Of a stretch of DNA of 64,000 nt, positions 27,974 to 38,875 are shown piece after piece. The DNA comes from Acidobacteriota bacterium. Its GTDB lineage: Bacteria > Acidobacteriota > UBA6911 > RPQK01 > JAJDTT01. The notes under the pieces were generated by a model. That model worked only from the letters and a program-made list of their open reading frames with translations. It searched no databases and had not been told where the DNA came from. Location of the stretch: contig OZ253580.1 of NCBI GenBank assembly GCA_965263035.1, positions 4,832,001 through 4,896,000 on the forward strand, given 5' to 3'. How positions within the stretch are numbered: position 1 is the first letter of the stretch; each line of letters opens with the position of its first letter. The translations under genes and the position numbers were made by a program.

Positions 27974-29289
27974 CGTCGCATTCTGGAACGGAGCGCCCTG
28001 TAGATCCTGAGCAGCAACTCTCCCGACGTGACCCGGCGCCGCCGCTCTCTGAGTGCGGTGATGAAATGGCCGACAACCAGGTAGGCCAGAGCACAGTAGC
28101 TGAAATAAATGACGAAGTGGGCGTCTCCCCGGTCGGGTCGAATCTGATCCGCCAGCCAATCGAGCAGAAAACCGCCCACAAGGGAGCCGACGAACATCCC
28201 TGTGCCGTTTACGAACGAGGTCGTGGCCACGTAGACGTTGACTTTCTGCTCGTCGCTCAGGGACAAGCCCAAGTATTGTTGGGCCGTGATGGCTCCGGCT
28301 CCGAACAGCCCTTCGTTCGTATTCCAGGCCAGAACGGCGAAGATCAGAACCGGGATCAGACCCTGACCGCTCAGACAGAACAGGGCCGCGGCAACTCCCA
28401 CCACTGAAATCCGCAGGGCGTTCCTGCCCCCGTATTGATCGCAAAAGTTGCCCCACAGACGCCGTAATCCCACGCCCAGACCGGCGATCACCATTGTGAT
28501 CAGACTGATCTGAAACATGCTCAATCCCCGGGGTCCCAGCAGGTAGGGATTAATGAAGGAGACGATCATGCTGCCCACGAGGCTGAGCATGAAGGAGGCG
28601 TGCAGATACACGCGAAAGGGACGATTACGGAAGGGAGTGACGATTTCCCCGAGACCGGGTCGGTCCGGTCTCGGGACCGATGGCCTTCTGCGGCTCAGGC
28701 GCAGCAGGAATATGACAGCCGGCAGGATGAAGGCGGTGGTCAGCAGGAAAACATGGAGATATGCGCCATAGAACCGCTCGTCGCCGGCGGAGGAGTTGAG
28801 ATCGATATACCAAGTGGCCGGGATGGCCAGAGCGATGCTGGGGACCGTCGTCAGCGACAGGATATTGCTCATGTGGCGCCCCAACTTCTCTCGCGGGATA
28901 TGGTATCGGCACAGCGCCGAGAGGCTGGTGTAGGCGATGAAGGTACAAATCATCGTGGTTACGAAGATCGCAGAGCAGACCAGAGTCAGGTATGGCTTCG
29001 AAAGAGCAAACCAGGGCACAAGCAGGAAGAGATAGGGGAGCAGGATCCGGATCAGATAACTGACGGATGCGATTTCTCGATCCCGTGCCAAGCGGGCCAA
29101 ATAGGGCGACAGGCCCAGATTCACGGTAACTGGAATCAGGTAGGACATTCCCTTGATCAGTCCGAACTGGGACAGGCTCAGGTCCATGCGAAGGAAGAGC
29201 CGGTCGATGAAAAGGAACGAGCCGGCCGCCGTCAGCGTAACGGACAGAAAGAAGTGAAAAAGATAGAGCCTTCGGATGTCGGAGTTCAT
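27970..29289 (-). CDS. MFS transporter
   Basis: About 12 hydrophobic segments, PFRNRPFRVYL, WG.FCD.YGGR. Confidence 0.82.
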   Translation of the reverse strand: MNSDIRRLYLFHFFLSVTLTAAGSFLFIDRLFLRMDLSLSQFGLIKGMSYLIPVTVNLGLSPYLARLARDREIASVSYLIRILLPYLFLLVPWFALSKPYLTLVCSAIFVTTMICTFIAYTSLSALCRYHIPREKLGRHMSNILSLTTVPSIALAIPATWYIDLNSSAGDERFYGAYLHVFLLTTAFILPAVIFLLRLSRRRPSVPRPDRPGLGEIVTPFRNRPFRVYLHASFMLSLVGSMIVSFINPYLLGPRGLSMFQISLITMVIAGLGVGLRRLWGNFCDQYGGRNALRISVVGVAAALFCLSGQGLIPVLIFAVLAWNTNEGLFGAGAITAQQYLGLSLSDEQKVNVYVATTSFVNGTGMFVGSLVGGFLLDWLADQIRPDRGDAHFVIYFSYCALAYLVVGHFITALRERRRRVTSGELLLRIYRALRSRMRR

Positions 29290-29845
29290 TCGGAAAGTCT
29301 CGGAGGAGTTTGCGCCGTGGAACGACCCTGGGTGACTGGCGGCATCCCGACCTGCACTCGATCCCCGGCTTTGACCAGAAAAGCTGATCCCGGCCCCAAC
29401 TCACGAAGGCTCCGGTGGCATTCGTTCCAAAAATCCAGGTCGCTCTGGTTCAATTCGGGGAAAGCCGTTTCGACCCAGGTTGTGATCAACCACCAAGGCC
29501 CGAAGATCGACCCAACGCCCGCAGACATCGCAACTCACCTTATAACCGTCGACAAGCGTTTCGTCATCGTATCCGCGATCAGGATGGGCTGAACTGATTT
29601 GAGAGGCGGGCAGGCGCCGATTCTCGACCTCCCGCCTCGAACAGCGGGGCGCCGCCGGAAGGCTGGTAGGTCGCGTTGCCCACGGGGCGGCAGTCGATTC
29701 TGCGCCCTCCCAGGATCAGGCATGTGGTGAATCGACGGATTTTCCGGTTTTCCGTTCGGTTTGAACGAATCCGATCTCGTTCTGAGTTGTTCAGGATTGG
29801 ATTCTTAGCGAGACGAGCCAGTGCTCCGGCCGAATCTGAAATCGT

Positions 29846-30274
29846 CTATTCGGCAGAAGCCTTCGTATTTTCGCCCATGTCGACGGTGCCCTTGAAGCTG
29901 CTGCCCTCCTCCAAGACCACTCGGGGGGCGACTATCTTGCCTTTGACCCGCCCGGTCTTGCTCAAGAGGATCGTACCTTCCCCGTGGAGGGTTCCTTCCA
30001 CAACGCCATCGATCCGAATCACAGCGGCGGACATGTCGGCCATGACCCGACCTTCCTTCCCCACAGTGACGCTGCACCCGGTGAGCGACAATCGCCCTTC
30101 GAGACGCCCCTCAATGAGCATATCCTGCCCTCCGGTCACCTCCCCCTTGATCCTGATGTCGGCCCCGATGACCGATCTAGTCTGGTGTTGTCCCGAAGGA
30201 TTGCGCGGCGTAGAACCTGGAGTCATGGGTTTGGGGCGCGTGATCAGTGGTTCCGGTGAATCGCCTTTCAACAC
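29846..30274 (-). CDS. Bactofilin (polymer-forming cytoskeletal protein)
   Basis: SVIG.DIRIKGEV.G..D..IEG...G, V.G.I.APRV.LEEG..FKG.VDM. Confidence 0.9.
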   Translation of the reverse strand: MLKGDSPEPLITRPKPMTPGSTPRNPSGQHQTRSVIGADIRIKGEVTGGQDMLIEGRLEGRLSLTGCSVTVGKEGRVMADMSAAVIRIDGVVEGTLHGEGTILLSKTGRVKGKIVAPRVVLEEGSSFKGTVDMGENTKASAE

Positions 30275-30423
30275 GCTGTGCTCCGTGCGCGAAACGTCCG
30301 GCTATTTTAGACGGCGCCCATGACATGGAAGAGAATTGCCCGAGGAGCCGTGCAAGTTCTATTGTCAATCTCTCTCGCCACCCACGTTTGACGCTCCCTC
30401 CAACAATTCTCGATACTTTCCAA

Positions 30424-30779
30424 ATGCAGAGACTCTCCGGCACCTGCCTCTTGATTGCGGTGTTCTCCGTAACCGTGCCGGGGAACGATTTGCAACCGAC
30501 CTCCTTTTCGATTGCAGAGGACGCGGTTCGAATTGGAGAGTGCTACACCTTCCAAGTGGAAGACGGCGCTCATGTGACCCTGGACCTGCGCTACACCCAC
30601 ATGGATCCAGCTTCTCTTCTCTGGACCCCACCGAATGGGTCCCGCAGACGTGGACAGTGCTACTGCCGGTGGGGTCGGCGCCCGGAACCTGGGGGGGCGC
30701 GGAAATAACCCTGCGGGATCGAGCGAATAACGCCAAGTATTACGGTTTCACCGAAAGCATCCGTTTCGATGTGGAATAG
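30424..30779 (+). pseudogene. Remnant of an exported beta-rich protein (internal deletion or frameshift)
   Basis: A signal-peptide N-terminus (MQRLSGTCLLIAVF) joins out of frame at ~30605 to a protein-like C-terminus (PGTWGGAEITLRDRANN...FDVE). Confidence 0.4.
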
Positions 30780-30854
30780 CGGGACTCGCCGGCGAGTGTT
30801 CCGGACTTGCCCTGGTGTAGTTCCCCCTGGTCAGGTCCCCGTTTACTATTCAAG

Positions 30855-32552
30855 CTAATAGACCGCAATCGCCCGGCCGGATCCACCGTGGGCTCCCTCC
30901 AGCCTGGGAGCGGCGAAGATGAAGTACGCCTTGGGCGGCATGGACCCCACACGGGTCAAGAACTCGACGCCGACCATCCCGCCACTGCCCAGCGCCCAGT
31001 AGGTCATGACGGCACGTTTGGGATCGACGCCTCCCAGCGTCGGTCCATCCGTCGCGACGCAGCGGATTCCCCGGTCCGCCAAGTACCGGATGGCGTCCGC
31101 TCCCGGCGCCGGCCAGCCTTCCCGTTTCCCGTTGAGCGGATCCGCCATGCAGGCCATGTCCTCCGGAAACGGCTTCAGATAGCGGTCGCTGTAGCCGCTG
31201 TGGAAGATGACCACGTCCCCCGGTTGCAGCTCGCCGGACCGCTTCTCGTACTCCCGGATGTCATCGGGCCGGATGACCGGGGAGGCCGGCCAGTCGGACT
31301 CGCGGGTGGAGCCGATCAGGTGCTTCACGTCGATGACCCGGGCCCAGCCGGCGGTCTGGGAAAGAGGCACCTTTTCGGTAGTGACGTCGCTGTGCCCGCG
31401 CGGTCCGTAGCGTTTTTCGTATTCGGCCAGCCACTCCCTCACCTGCGTAGAGTAGTCTCCAGGGTCGAATCCGGCCCGGGGCAGGGCATAGGCGGGGGGC
31501 ACCAGGTGGGTGCCGGTGTGGCTGTCGTAGGCGCGCTGGTGTTGCGCCGGGACATAGGGAAGCGGAAGCACATGCTGGTAGTAGGGATAACGGGAATTGC
31601 CGGCTCCGGGACCGGGCCACCAGACCGGCAGGTCCTCGGAGAGCTGGACGGAAAGATCGATGACCCTCTGTTTGCGCGCAGCTTTGATCAACCATGGCGC
31701 GAGTGGGTCCCCGACGATGCCGAAGGCCCGGACCTCGGCGCCGATGCCCCCTCCGTGTTTCGGCGGCAGTTGGACGTAGACGGCTCCCGTAGCCGGGAGG
31801 TCGCCCAGATTTCGGGCCCCTTCCGTCCAGATCATTCCGTATTTCAGGCCCGCGCCGTGGGTTTCCATTCCCCCCGGGGGCGGAAGCGGTCCCATGCTGG
31901 GACTGTCGATCCCGGCAGTCAGAACGCCCCGGCTTCCCACGTAGTCCATGGTCTCGGCCTCGGGCGCGGGCCAAGCCGTTTTCTCACCTGCAGCGACCTC
32001 GGCCACGAAGCCCCGTCCCTCCGGCAGCGGCTTGAAGTACTTGTCGTTGTAACCGCTCCGGAAGAGGACCACGTCGCCGGGGCCCAGGGGCCGATGCTGT
32101 TGTTCCCAGTCCAGCACGTGCTGCTTGCGGATCAGGGGACTGTGGCCGATTGGAGCATCGTCCAGCAGGGGGCGCACGTCGATGACGCAGGCCTCCCCCA
32201 GGAATTGCCAGACCGGCACCCGTTCGGGCGTGATCTTGGCCGTCTCCCGGGGAACCGGACCGTGAGCGGGCGAATCGAACTGGGTGCCGGTGTTCTCGTC
32301 GATGGTGATGATGTCGCTGTTGTAAGGGCCGCGCGGACCGATCCGGAGATAGTGGTTGATTTGAACGTAGGGAAAGATGTCCGGCCAGTTGACCGGATAG
32401 TCGGGAGAGACCAGCAGGGTGAGGTCCAGGAACCGGGCGCTCTCTCCGGCTCCGGAAGCTTCTCCGGCCGGGGTCATGGAAGACAACGCCAGAGACAAAC
32501 AAAGAAGAACCAGGGCGCTCCATCCAACTCGACTGGGAGATAGTGCTTTCAT
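30855..32552 (-). CDS. Exported tandem cyclase/kynurenine-formamidase-family protein
   Basis: Two domains: NTGTQFDSPAH and HTGTHLVPP, each with GDVV.F.SGY and a GID/ATD motif. Confidence 0.88.
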   Translation of the reverse strand: MKALSPSRVGWSALVLLCLSLALSSMTPAGEASGAGESARFLDLTLLVSPDYPVNWPDIFPYVQINHYLRIGPRGPYNSDIITIDENTGTQFDSPAHGPVPRETAKITPERVPVWQFLGEACVIDVRPLLDDAPIGHSPLIRKQHVLDWEQQHRPLGPGDVVLFRSGYNDKYFKPLPEGRGFVAEVAAGEKTAWPAPEAETMDYVGSRGVLTAGIDSPSMGPLPPPGGMETHGAGLKYGMIWTEGARNLGDLPATGAVYVQLPPKHGGGIGAEVRAFGIVGDPLAPWLIKAARKQRVIDLSVQLSEDLPVWWPGPGAGNSRYPYYQHVLPLPYVPAQHQRAYDSHTGTHLVPPAYALPRAGFDPGDYSTQVREWLAEYEKRYGPRGHSDVTTEKVPLSQTAGWARVIDVKHLIGSTRESDWPASPVIRPDDIREYEKRSGELQPGDVVIFHSGYSDRYLKPFPEDMACMADPLNGKREGWPAPGADAIRYLADRGIRCVATDGPTLGGVDPKRAVMTYWALGSGGMVGVEFLTRVGSMPPKAYFIFAAPRLEGAHGGSGRAIAVY

Positions 32553-34312
32553 TCGGCCTCCTCGATGCGGACGATCTGGTTTGCTTGAACGTTCATCAGA
32601 ACCTGGCTCCCTCCACCGGGCCAGCGGATCTCGACCCGTTCGGCGGCGGCCGCCTCACCCAGGCCGAAATGCAGACGAAGGTCGTTCTGGGAGAGGAACC
32701 CTCCGCCGCTCCGTACGCGGCCGGTCCGGGTCTTGGAGCCGGTCACGACCTTGATCCGCGTGCCGATGGCGGACCGGTTGCCGCGTCGGCCCGCGAGCCG
32801 GAACTGGAGCCAGTTCCGCCGGTTTCCTCCGTCGTTGCGCAGGAGCGTGGGGGAGTCGTCGATGGCCAGCACCAGCAGATCCAGGTCCCCGTCGTTGTCG
32901 TAGTCGCAGAAGGCGCCTCCCCGGCTGGACCGGACCGGCGCCTGGTCCAGTCCCACCTCATCGGTGACATCCTGAAATCCGAACTCGCCGTTCCCCCGAA
33001 ACAGAAGATCGGGTTGCCGGTAGGTTTCCAACGAAGGCTCCACCTGCGGGAAAATATGCCCATTGGCGACAAACAAGTCCAGGTTTCCGTCGTTGTCGAA
33101 GTCGAGGAAAAAGGTCGCCCATCCCAGGTAGGGCAGGGTGCGGGTGGCCAGTCCCACCGGCTGTGAGACCTCCTCGAACCCGCCTGCTCCCAGGTTTCGG
33201 AAGAAGGGGTAGTACTCTTCGGAGAAGGTCGTGGTGAACAGGTCGATCCGGCCGTCGCCGCCCACGTCCCCCGCGGCCACGCCCATGTCCGCCTGGGCCG
33301 TTCCCTGGGCGTTGTAGCCCACCCCCGCAAGCAGCGCCGTCTCCCGGAAGGTCCCGTCCCGCCGGTTCCGGTACAGGTAATTGGGGCCCGCGTCGTTGGT
33401 GACGAAGAGATCGGGGTAGCCATCGTTGTCGAAGTCCTCGAAGACCGGGGTGAATCCGTACAGGAGCTTCTCATCCTGCACCCCGGTCGCCCGAGTCACA
33501 TCGATGAAGGTGCCGTCGCCGTTGTTGCGGTAGAGGATGTCGGGCGCTCCCGTCAGCCCTTTGGGACCGCACATGACCGGGATACCCCGGTATCCGCAGA
33601 ACTCTCCTCCCAGTGGAGGGTCGTCGACGTCGAATTCCAGGTAGCGCGCCACGTACAGGTCCAGCCATCCGTCGCCGTCGTAGTCTCCGAACGCGGCTCC
33701 CGTGCTCCATTCCCATTTTCCGGCGACTCCCGCGGAGGCTCCCACTTCGGTAAAGGTTCCGTTGCCGTTGTTCCGGTACAGAAGATCGCGGCCGTAGTTG
33801 GTGACGAACAGGTCGATCCACCCGTCGTTGTCGTAGTCGGCCGCTGCCACGCCGTTGCCCAAGCCGGTCCCGGCGACTCCGGCATTGACGGTCACCTGGG
33901 AGAAGGTGCCGTCCCCACGGTTGCGGAACAGGAAATTGGGGGCGGAGGCGGCGTCCTCCCGGCCCGCCATGAGCGCGGCGCTGGAGATGCCGTTGACGAT
34001 GTAGAGATCGGTCCATCCGTCGTTGTCGTAGTCGATCCAGGCGCAACCGCTACCGTTCCCTTCGATGATGAATTTCTTCTGCGGCGTTCCGCAGGTGGTG
34101 ACCAGGTTCAAACCGGCCTCTCGGGTGACGTCTCTCAGGATTGGCAGGGGCTGGGCCAACAAAAGGAGGGATGGAGCCAGGGTGGTCATCAGGCCCAGGA
34201 GCGTTGCCTGGAGAGCCGGAGCGAGGGCCTGTCGAATCCACATCCCGGGACCTAACCTAGCACATGCGCGAAGCAGGAAAAGGTCACCAGGCGACACGGC
34301 GAGGAAGTCCAA
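32549..34312 (-). CDS. CRTAC1-family FG-GAP/ASPIC-UnbV protein
   Basis: Repeated DYDNDG..DL motifs. C-terminal NRSAIG, GGGFLSQ, LHFGLG, IRWP.G. The start is probably further downstream. Confidence 0.92.
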   Translation of the reverse strand: MDFLAVSPGDLFLLRACARLGPGMWIRQALAPALQATLLGLMTTLAPSLLLLAQPLPILRDVTREAGLNLVTTCGTPQKKFIIEGNGSGCAWIDYDNDGWTDLYIVNGISSAALMAGREDAASAPNFLFRNRGDGTFSQVTVNAGVAGTGLGNGVAAADYDNDGWIDLFVTNYGRDLLYRNNGNGTFTEVGASAGVAGKWEWSTGAAFGDYDGDGWLDLYVARYLEFDVDDPPLGGEFCGYRGIPVMCGPKGLTGAPDILYRNNGDGTFIDVTRATGVQDEKLLYGFTPVFEDFDNDGYPDLFVTNDAGPNYLYRNRRDGTFRETALLAGVGYNAQGTAQADMGVAAGDVGGDGRIDLFTTTFSEEYYPFFRNLGAGGFEEVSQPVGLATRTLPYLGWATFFLDFDNDGNLDLFVANGHIFPQVEPSLETYRQPDLLFRGNGEFGFQDVTDEVGLDQAPVRSSRGGAFCDYDNDGDLDLLVLAIDDSPTLLRNDGGNRRNWLQFRLAGRRGNRSAIGTRIKVVTGSKTRTGRVRSGGGFLSQNDLRLHFGLGEAAAAERVEIRWPGGGSQVLMNVQANQIVRIEEAE

Positions 34313-34487
34313 TTTTTACCGAACGAACAGATCACGTGTCAAAAAAAACCGAATGATCTATCGCAATAAAGACACCAAGTCCAGGCAATCTTTTGACTTT
34401 TTCTGACAACCTCGTCTATATTCCAGTGCAGTAGGTGGAAGTCGACTTCCACGCTCGCCAGGGCCGTTCGCCAAGAAGGAGACGACG

Positions 34488-37400
34488 ATGCACACTTCCC
34501 TCTTTTCCATCAAGAGTGCCCTTCCATTGTTTGTTTTGATGGTTTCCCTCCCGGTATTGGCCCAGGAGCATGTGGGAACCGTTACCGGGACCGTGCGAGA
34601 CGAAGGCGGAGGCGTTCTCCCCGGCGTGGAAGTGACCCTCACCAACCTGGGCACGGGCGCGCAACGGGACGTCGTGACGAACGACGTGGGGCTTTACGGG
34701 TTCAACTCCGTGCCCATCGGCGAATATGCGCTGCAGGCCTCCTTGACCGGCTTCCGGACGCTTGAACAGACCGGGATCCGCGTCGTTTCGGGTGAGATTG
34801 TCACTCTCGACGTTGGGTTGACAGTGGGCCAAGTGACGGAAACCGTGGAGGTGGCGGCTACACTCCCCACCATTGAGAAGCAAAGCAATAAGGCAGGCTA
34901 TGCCAGGGTGAACGAGGAAATTGCCCGTCTGCCTCTGGTCGTCTCGTTCAACAACCGCCAGGCCCTGTCCTTCCTGCGGACCATGCCCGGTGTGTCTTAC
35001 GACCCCTTTAGGTATTTCGACAACGAGAACGTTGCCATGTCCAGGTCCTTCGTCCAGGGAACTCCAACTGCTTCTCCCAGCTACAACATTGACGGGGTGA
35101 GGGCGAGCGGTTCGACTCACGAGAACGCACGCGATGACACGGCGCCGATTCCAGAGATGGTTCAGGAATTCCGACTCGACACCAACACCCAGGCCGAGCA
35201 TGGCTGGGACAGCGGTGTGGCCATCAACCTGGTCTTCAAATCAGGCACCAACGACTTTCACGGCACTGGCTTCTGGTACAACCGAAACGACGTGTTCGAC
35301 GCTCGACCCTGGTTTGCGGCGAGGAGAGCCGTCACCCGGCAGAATGACTTCGGCTTCGTGCTGGGCGGTCCCATCTGGAAAAACCGCACGTTTTTCTTTG
35401 GGGGGATCGATATCTACAAATTGCGGACAGCCCCCTCCGGGACGACTGTCACCGTCCCCACCACTGCCATGCGCAGTGGCGACTTCAGTGAGATATTGGG
35501 CGATCAAATCGGGACCGATGCCCTGGGTCGGCCGGTTTTTCAGGGCCAGATTTTCGATCCGGCCAGCACTCGACCGGATGGACAAGGCGGGTTCATCCGC
35601 AATCCCTTTCCGGGAAACGTCATTCCTTCCGACCGCTCAAGCTCGATCACACAGGCCCTGCTTTCGCACATTGGTGCGCCCAACCGCCCGGGCGTCAGCA
35701 ATAACTGGGTCGGAACCCAGACTCTACGCCCGGACGACAAAGAGTCCTATTACCTCAAGATCGATCATCAGATCGATGAAGCGGGATCCCACAAGTTTAC
35801 GTTTGGCACGGAGCAGAATGTCAGGCTGAACAGGTCCACTTATCCGCAGGTCTTTGACGAGGCGGTCTCCAGCCTTCACATAAACGAGTCGGCTCAATAC
35901 CGCTATCGCTTCAATTATTACTGGACCATCCGGCCCAACGTGATCTTGAACCTTCGCACCGGTGTGACCCGGACGCCGCGAATTATCGGTACTCAGGGTC
36001 TGGACAACGACCGTTTTGGTGAAGAGATCGGAATTACCGGAGTCAGCAACCCCAATGCACCAAGAGTGAACATCGAGGGAATGACCGGGTATGGCCCGAT
36101 TTTCCGGAAGCTCAATGACCCCAGCCAGACCGTGCCCGCCCACTTCGACATGACCTGGGTCAGAGGCTCGCACAATTTCAAATTTGGCGGCTCCTATTTA
36201 CTGTCGGTCTCCAAAGGGGATTCGTCGATTTATGGTCAGGGAAATTTCAGCTTTCAGGATCGCACGACCGGTCTGCCCGGCTTCCCTGCAACCGGATGGG
36301 GCTTTGCCAGCCAGTTCCTGGGCGAGGTGGACGGTGGCACCGTCAATAGCCCAACAGCCTTCAAACGCGATGGCGGAGCCTGGGGTTTCTACTTTCAGGA
36401 CTCTTGGCGCGCCAGCCCCAAGTTGACGGTGAATTACGGCATCCGCAACGACATCTTCATAACCGCGGGAGAGAGCTACGACCGCATCGGGGCCTTCAAC
36501 CCGACCGTCCCCAACTCCGGTGCCGGTGGTCTTCCGGGGGCCCTGTGGTTCTGGGGTGAGGGCCCAGGCCGGAACGGGTTCAAACGAGTGGCCCCGACCC
36601 TCTGGAGCAACTGGGGGCCTCGTCTGGGGCTGGCTTACTCGCCTGACGAAAAGACCGTCTTGAAGGCCAGTGCCGCCTACATGTACTTTCCACACTTCGG
36701 CGCCATGACCAGCGGATTCAATACGCCCGCTATCGGCTGGATTCTCAATGTGACCGCTGCGAGTCTGGACGCCGGTGTGACCCCCGCCTTCAACTGGGAT
36801 GACGGATTTCCGGACATCCTTCCCAACCTGCCCGACCTCGACCCTTCCTTTGCCAACGGCCAGTCGGTAGTGGCCCTGAACCGGGACACCATGAAGGCGG
36901 GCAGGACGCTGACCGTCAACTTTGGTGTGGAAAGAGACCTGGGCTGGGGTACTGCTTTTCGAGCCAACTACCACGGCAAGTTCAGCCACAGTCTCCCCAG
37001 TAACGATGCCGTTCGATTGAACCAGCTTGACCCCAGGCATCTGGCGTTGGGCACCCTGCTCTTTGCCGACATCAATTCCCCGGCAGCCGCGGCGGCAGGG
37101 ATCACTGCTCCCTATGAGGGATTTACAGGACCTGTGAATCAGGCGCTCAGACCGTTTCCTCACATGCTGAACATCAACGAACGCGCCGCCCCCGTTACCG
37201 ACCTGACCTACCATGGTGTGGTGTTGTCCATGCAGAAGCGCTACGGGCACGGGTTGAGCTTCATGCTCAACTACACCATCTCCAAAGCGCTGGGCAACGC
37301 CAGGTGGGCCAACCAGGGGCATTCGCTCGCCAGCCACATCCAGCATACTTCGCAACGGCACCTTCGGTATTTGTACGACCAGGATCGGCCCCAGAATGTT

Positions 37401-37958
37401 GCCTTGAGCTGGATGTGGGAATTGCCTTTTGGACCGGGAAAGCGCTGGGGCGCAGACACGAGTTCGGTAGTGAAGAAGCTGATCGGTGGCTGGAACATTG
37501 GGATGCAGCAGGCCTATTTCTCCGCACAGCCCCTCCATATGAGCAGCCGCGTCCGCTACCCGGGCGGCTTTAACGCCATCTGGCCGGACCGGGTCGAGGG
37601 GGTATCGGTTCGGACCGGTGTTGACTGTGGAGATTACGACCCCAACGACCCATCCCGGAACCGATACATCAACATCAACGCCTTTGCCAATCCTGCGCCC
37701 TTTACCTTGGGGAATACCAGGACGTTGCCTACGACACGAGCCTGCGGCTATTTCAACGAGAACGCCACCATCCAGAAAGATACTTATGTCAACGAGGACA
37801 TCTACGTTCGCTTAGGGGCCGATTTCTTCAATCTGTTCAACCGTCATATCTGGGGCAACCCGAATACCGACATCGGCAACAAGGCGGCCTTTGGCACCAT
37901 CCGTTCTGTCTCCTTTCCTCCCAGGATCATCCAACTGAGTCTCTCGATTCACTTCTGA
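34488..37958 (+). CDS. Oar-like TonB-dependent receptor (carboxypeptidase-regulatory N-domain), copy 1
   Basis: AAGGAG RBS, GTV.D..G...PG, KSGTN.FHG, GGPIWKNRTFFF, QDSWR, WGPRLG.AY, FNLFN, C-terminal Phe. Confidence 0.93.
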   Translation: MHTSLFSIKSALPLFVLMVSLPVLAQEHVGTVTGTVRDEGGGVLPGVEVTLTNLGTGAQRDVVTNDVGLYGFNSVPIGEYALQASLTGFRTLEQTGIRVVSGEIVTLDVGLTVGQVTETVEVAATLPTIEKQSNKAGYARVNEEIARLPLVVSFNNRQALSFLRTMPGVSYDPFRYFDNENVAMSRSFVQGTPTASPSYNIDGVRASGSTHENARDDTAPIPEMVQEFRLDTNTQAEHGWDSGVAINLVFKSGTNDFHGTGFWYNRNDVFDARPWFAARRAVTRQNDFGFVLGGPIWKNRTFFFGGIDIYKLRTAPSGTTVTVPTTAMRSGDFSEILGDQIGTDALGRPVFQGQIFDPASTRPDGQGGFIRNPFPGNVIPSDRSSSITQALLSHIGAPNRPGVSNNWVGTQTLRPDDKESYYLKIDHQIDEAGSHKFTFGTEQNVRLNRSTYPQVFDEAVSSLHINESAQYRYRFNYYWTIRPNVILNLRTGVTRTPRIIGTQGLDNDRFGEEIGITGVSNPNAPRVNIEGMTGYGPIFRKLNDPSQTVPAHFDMTWVRGSHNFKFGGSYLLSVSKGDSSIYGQGNFSFQDRTTGLPGFPATGWGFASQFLGEVDGGTVNSPTAFKRDGGAWGFYFQDSWRASPKLTVNYGIRNDIFITAGESYDRIGAFNPTVPNSGAGGLPGALWFWGEGPGRNGFKRVAPTLWSNWGPRLGLAYSPDEKTVLKASAAYMYFPHFGAMTSGFNTPAIGWILNVTAASLDAGVTPAFNWDDGFPDILPNLPDLDPSFANGQSVVALNRDTMKAGRTLTVNFGVERDLGWGTAFRANYHGKFSHSLPSNDAVRLNQLDPRHLALGTLLFADINSPAAAAAGITAPYEGFTGPVNQALRPFPHMLNINERAAPVTDLTYHGVVLSMQKRYGHGLSFMLNYTISKALGNARWANQGHSLASHIQHTSQRHLRYLYDQDRPQNVALSWMWELPFGPGKRWGADTSSVVKKLIGGWNIGMQQAYFSAQPLHMSSRVRYPGGFNAIWPDRVEGVSVRTGVDCGDYDPNDPSRNRYININAFANPAPFTLGNTRTLPTTRACGYFNENATIQKDTYVNEDIYVRLGADFFNLFNRHIWGNPNTDIGNKAAFGTIRSVSFPPRIIQLSLSIHF

Positions 37959-37990
37959 TTGGCGGAAATAGTAGAGGCGATTAGATCCCG

Positions 37991-38027
37991 GAGGGGGCCG
38001 GCAAATGCCGGTCCCCTCGTTTTTTTT
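37991..38027 (+). terminator. Rho-independent terminator
   Basis: GAGGGGGCCGGC-AAAT-GCCGGTCCCCTC followed by a T-tract. Confidence 0.85.
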
Positions 38028-38198
38028 GCGCCAGTAAGAACTTGACCGTCAGCAGGACTACAATCCCTGGAGCAAAGTCCGGCCAGAATCGAGCAGAGGA
38101 TGAAGTTCGTCAACTTGACCCTGGCGACGGGAACACCCATGGCCGGTCCCACTTTCCCTCCCCGGTGACCGGCTGCACGTTTACTGGGGACAACAGAT

Positions 38199-38623
38199 GG
38201 TGACCAAGTTCAAACCGGCCTGCCGGGTGACGTCTCGCAGGATGGGCAGGGGCCGGGCCAGCAAAAAGAAGGATGGCGCCATGGTGGCAATCAGGCCCGG
38301 GAGCGTCGCCTGGAGAGCCGTAGCGAGGCTCTTTCGTAGTCCGCATCCCGCGACCTAACCCGCAAATCTCATCAGGCCGCTATGCTTATGCTGAAAAAGA
38401 ATTTGTTTTTCAGCATTTACTCGGATATTGGCAAGGTCTCTCGGGAACAGACTGCGCTGGGCGCGCCCTCGCTGGTCTTTTCGCCCTCAGCGCGCACATG
38501 CTCCCTCAAACGTAGTCACCACTACGCTCTCGGTCGCGAGCACGCGCTGAGGGCGAAAATCCTGCGCGATCATCGCGCCCCCTGATGAGAATTGCGGGCT
38601 GACCTAGCACCTGCGCGAAGCAG
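38199..38623 (-). pseudogene. Duplicated 5' remnant of the CRTAC1 gene, interrupted by a MITE
   Basis: Aligns by eye with 34097-34277 (GGTGACCAxGTTCAAACCGGCCT ... CCTAGCACxTGCGCGAAGCAGG). Confidence 0.8.
38357..38600. mobile_element. MITE family C (~245 bp)
   Basis: Inverted repeat AACCCGCAAATCTCATCAGG / CCTGATGAGAATTGCGGGCT (18/20). Absent from the paralogous site near 34255. Confidence 0.75.
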
Positions 38624-38875
38624 GTAACGTCGTCGGGGTTTACGGCTGGTGGGGTTGACCCGACCCGCACCAGGATCTCTCGGAGTTGTCATCTTCTTCG
38701 GTTAAGATTTCTTCCGAAGCAATCTTGTAATCGGAAGGGCAGATGGGTTATAACCTGCGGCTATTCTGGCTACGCGGCGAGTTTTAGAGGGGCGAGTTTT
38801 AGAGGTTTGCAGTGTCTTTGCGCATCCACCGTGTCATCCCATCAGTCAGTTCAATTCAACATCCGAGGAGCAGCA

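Noticed and set aside
29286-29528. 80-aa ORF faintly like the N-terminus of HNH restriction proteins (DFW...L.PG..FL.K)
   Set aside because: Too short and weak to support without a profile search.
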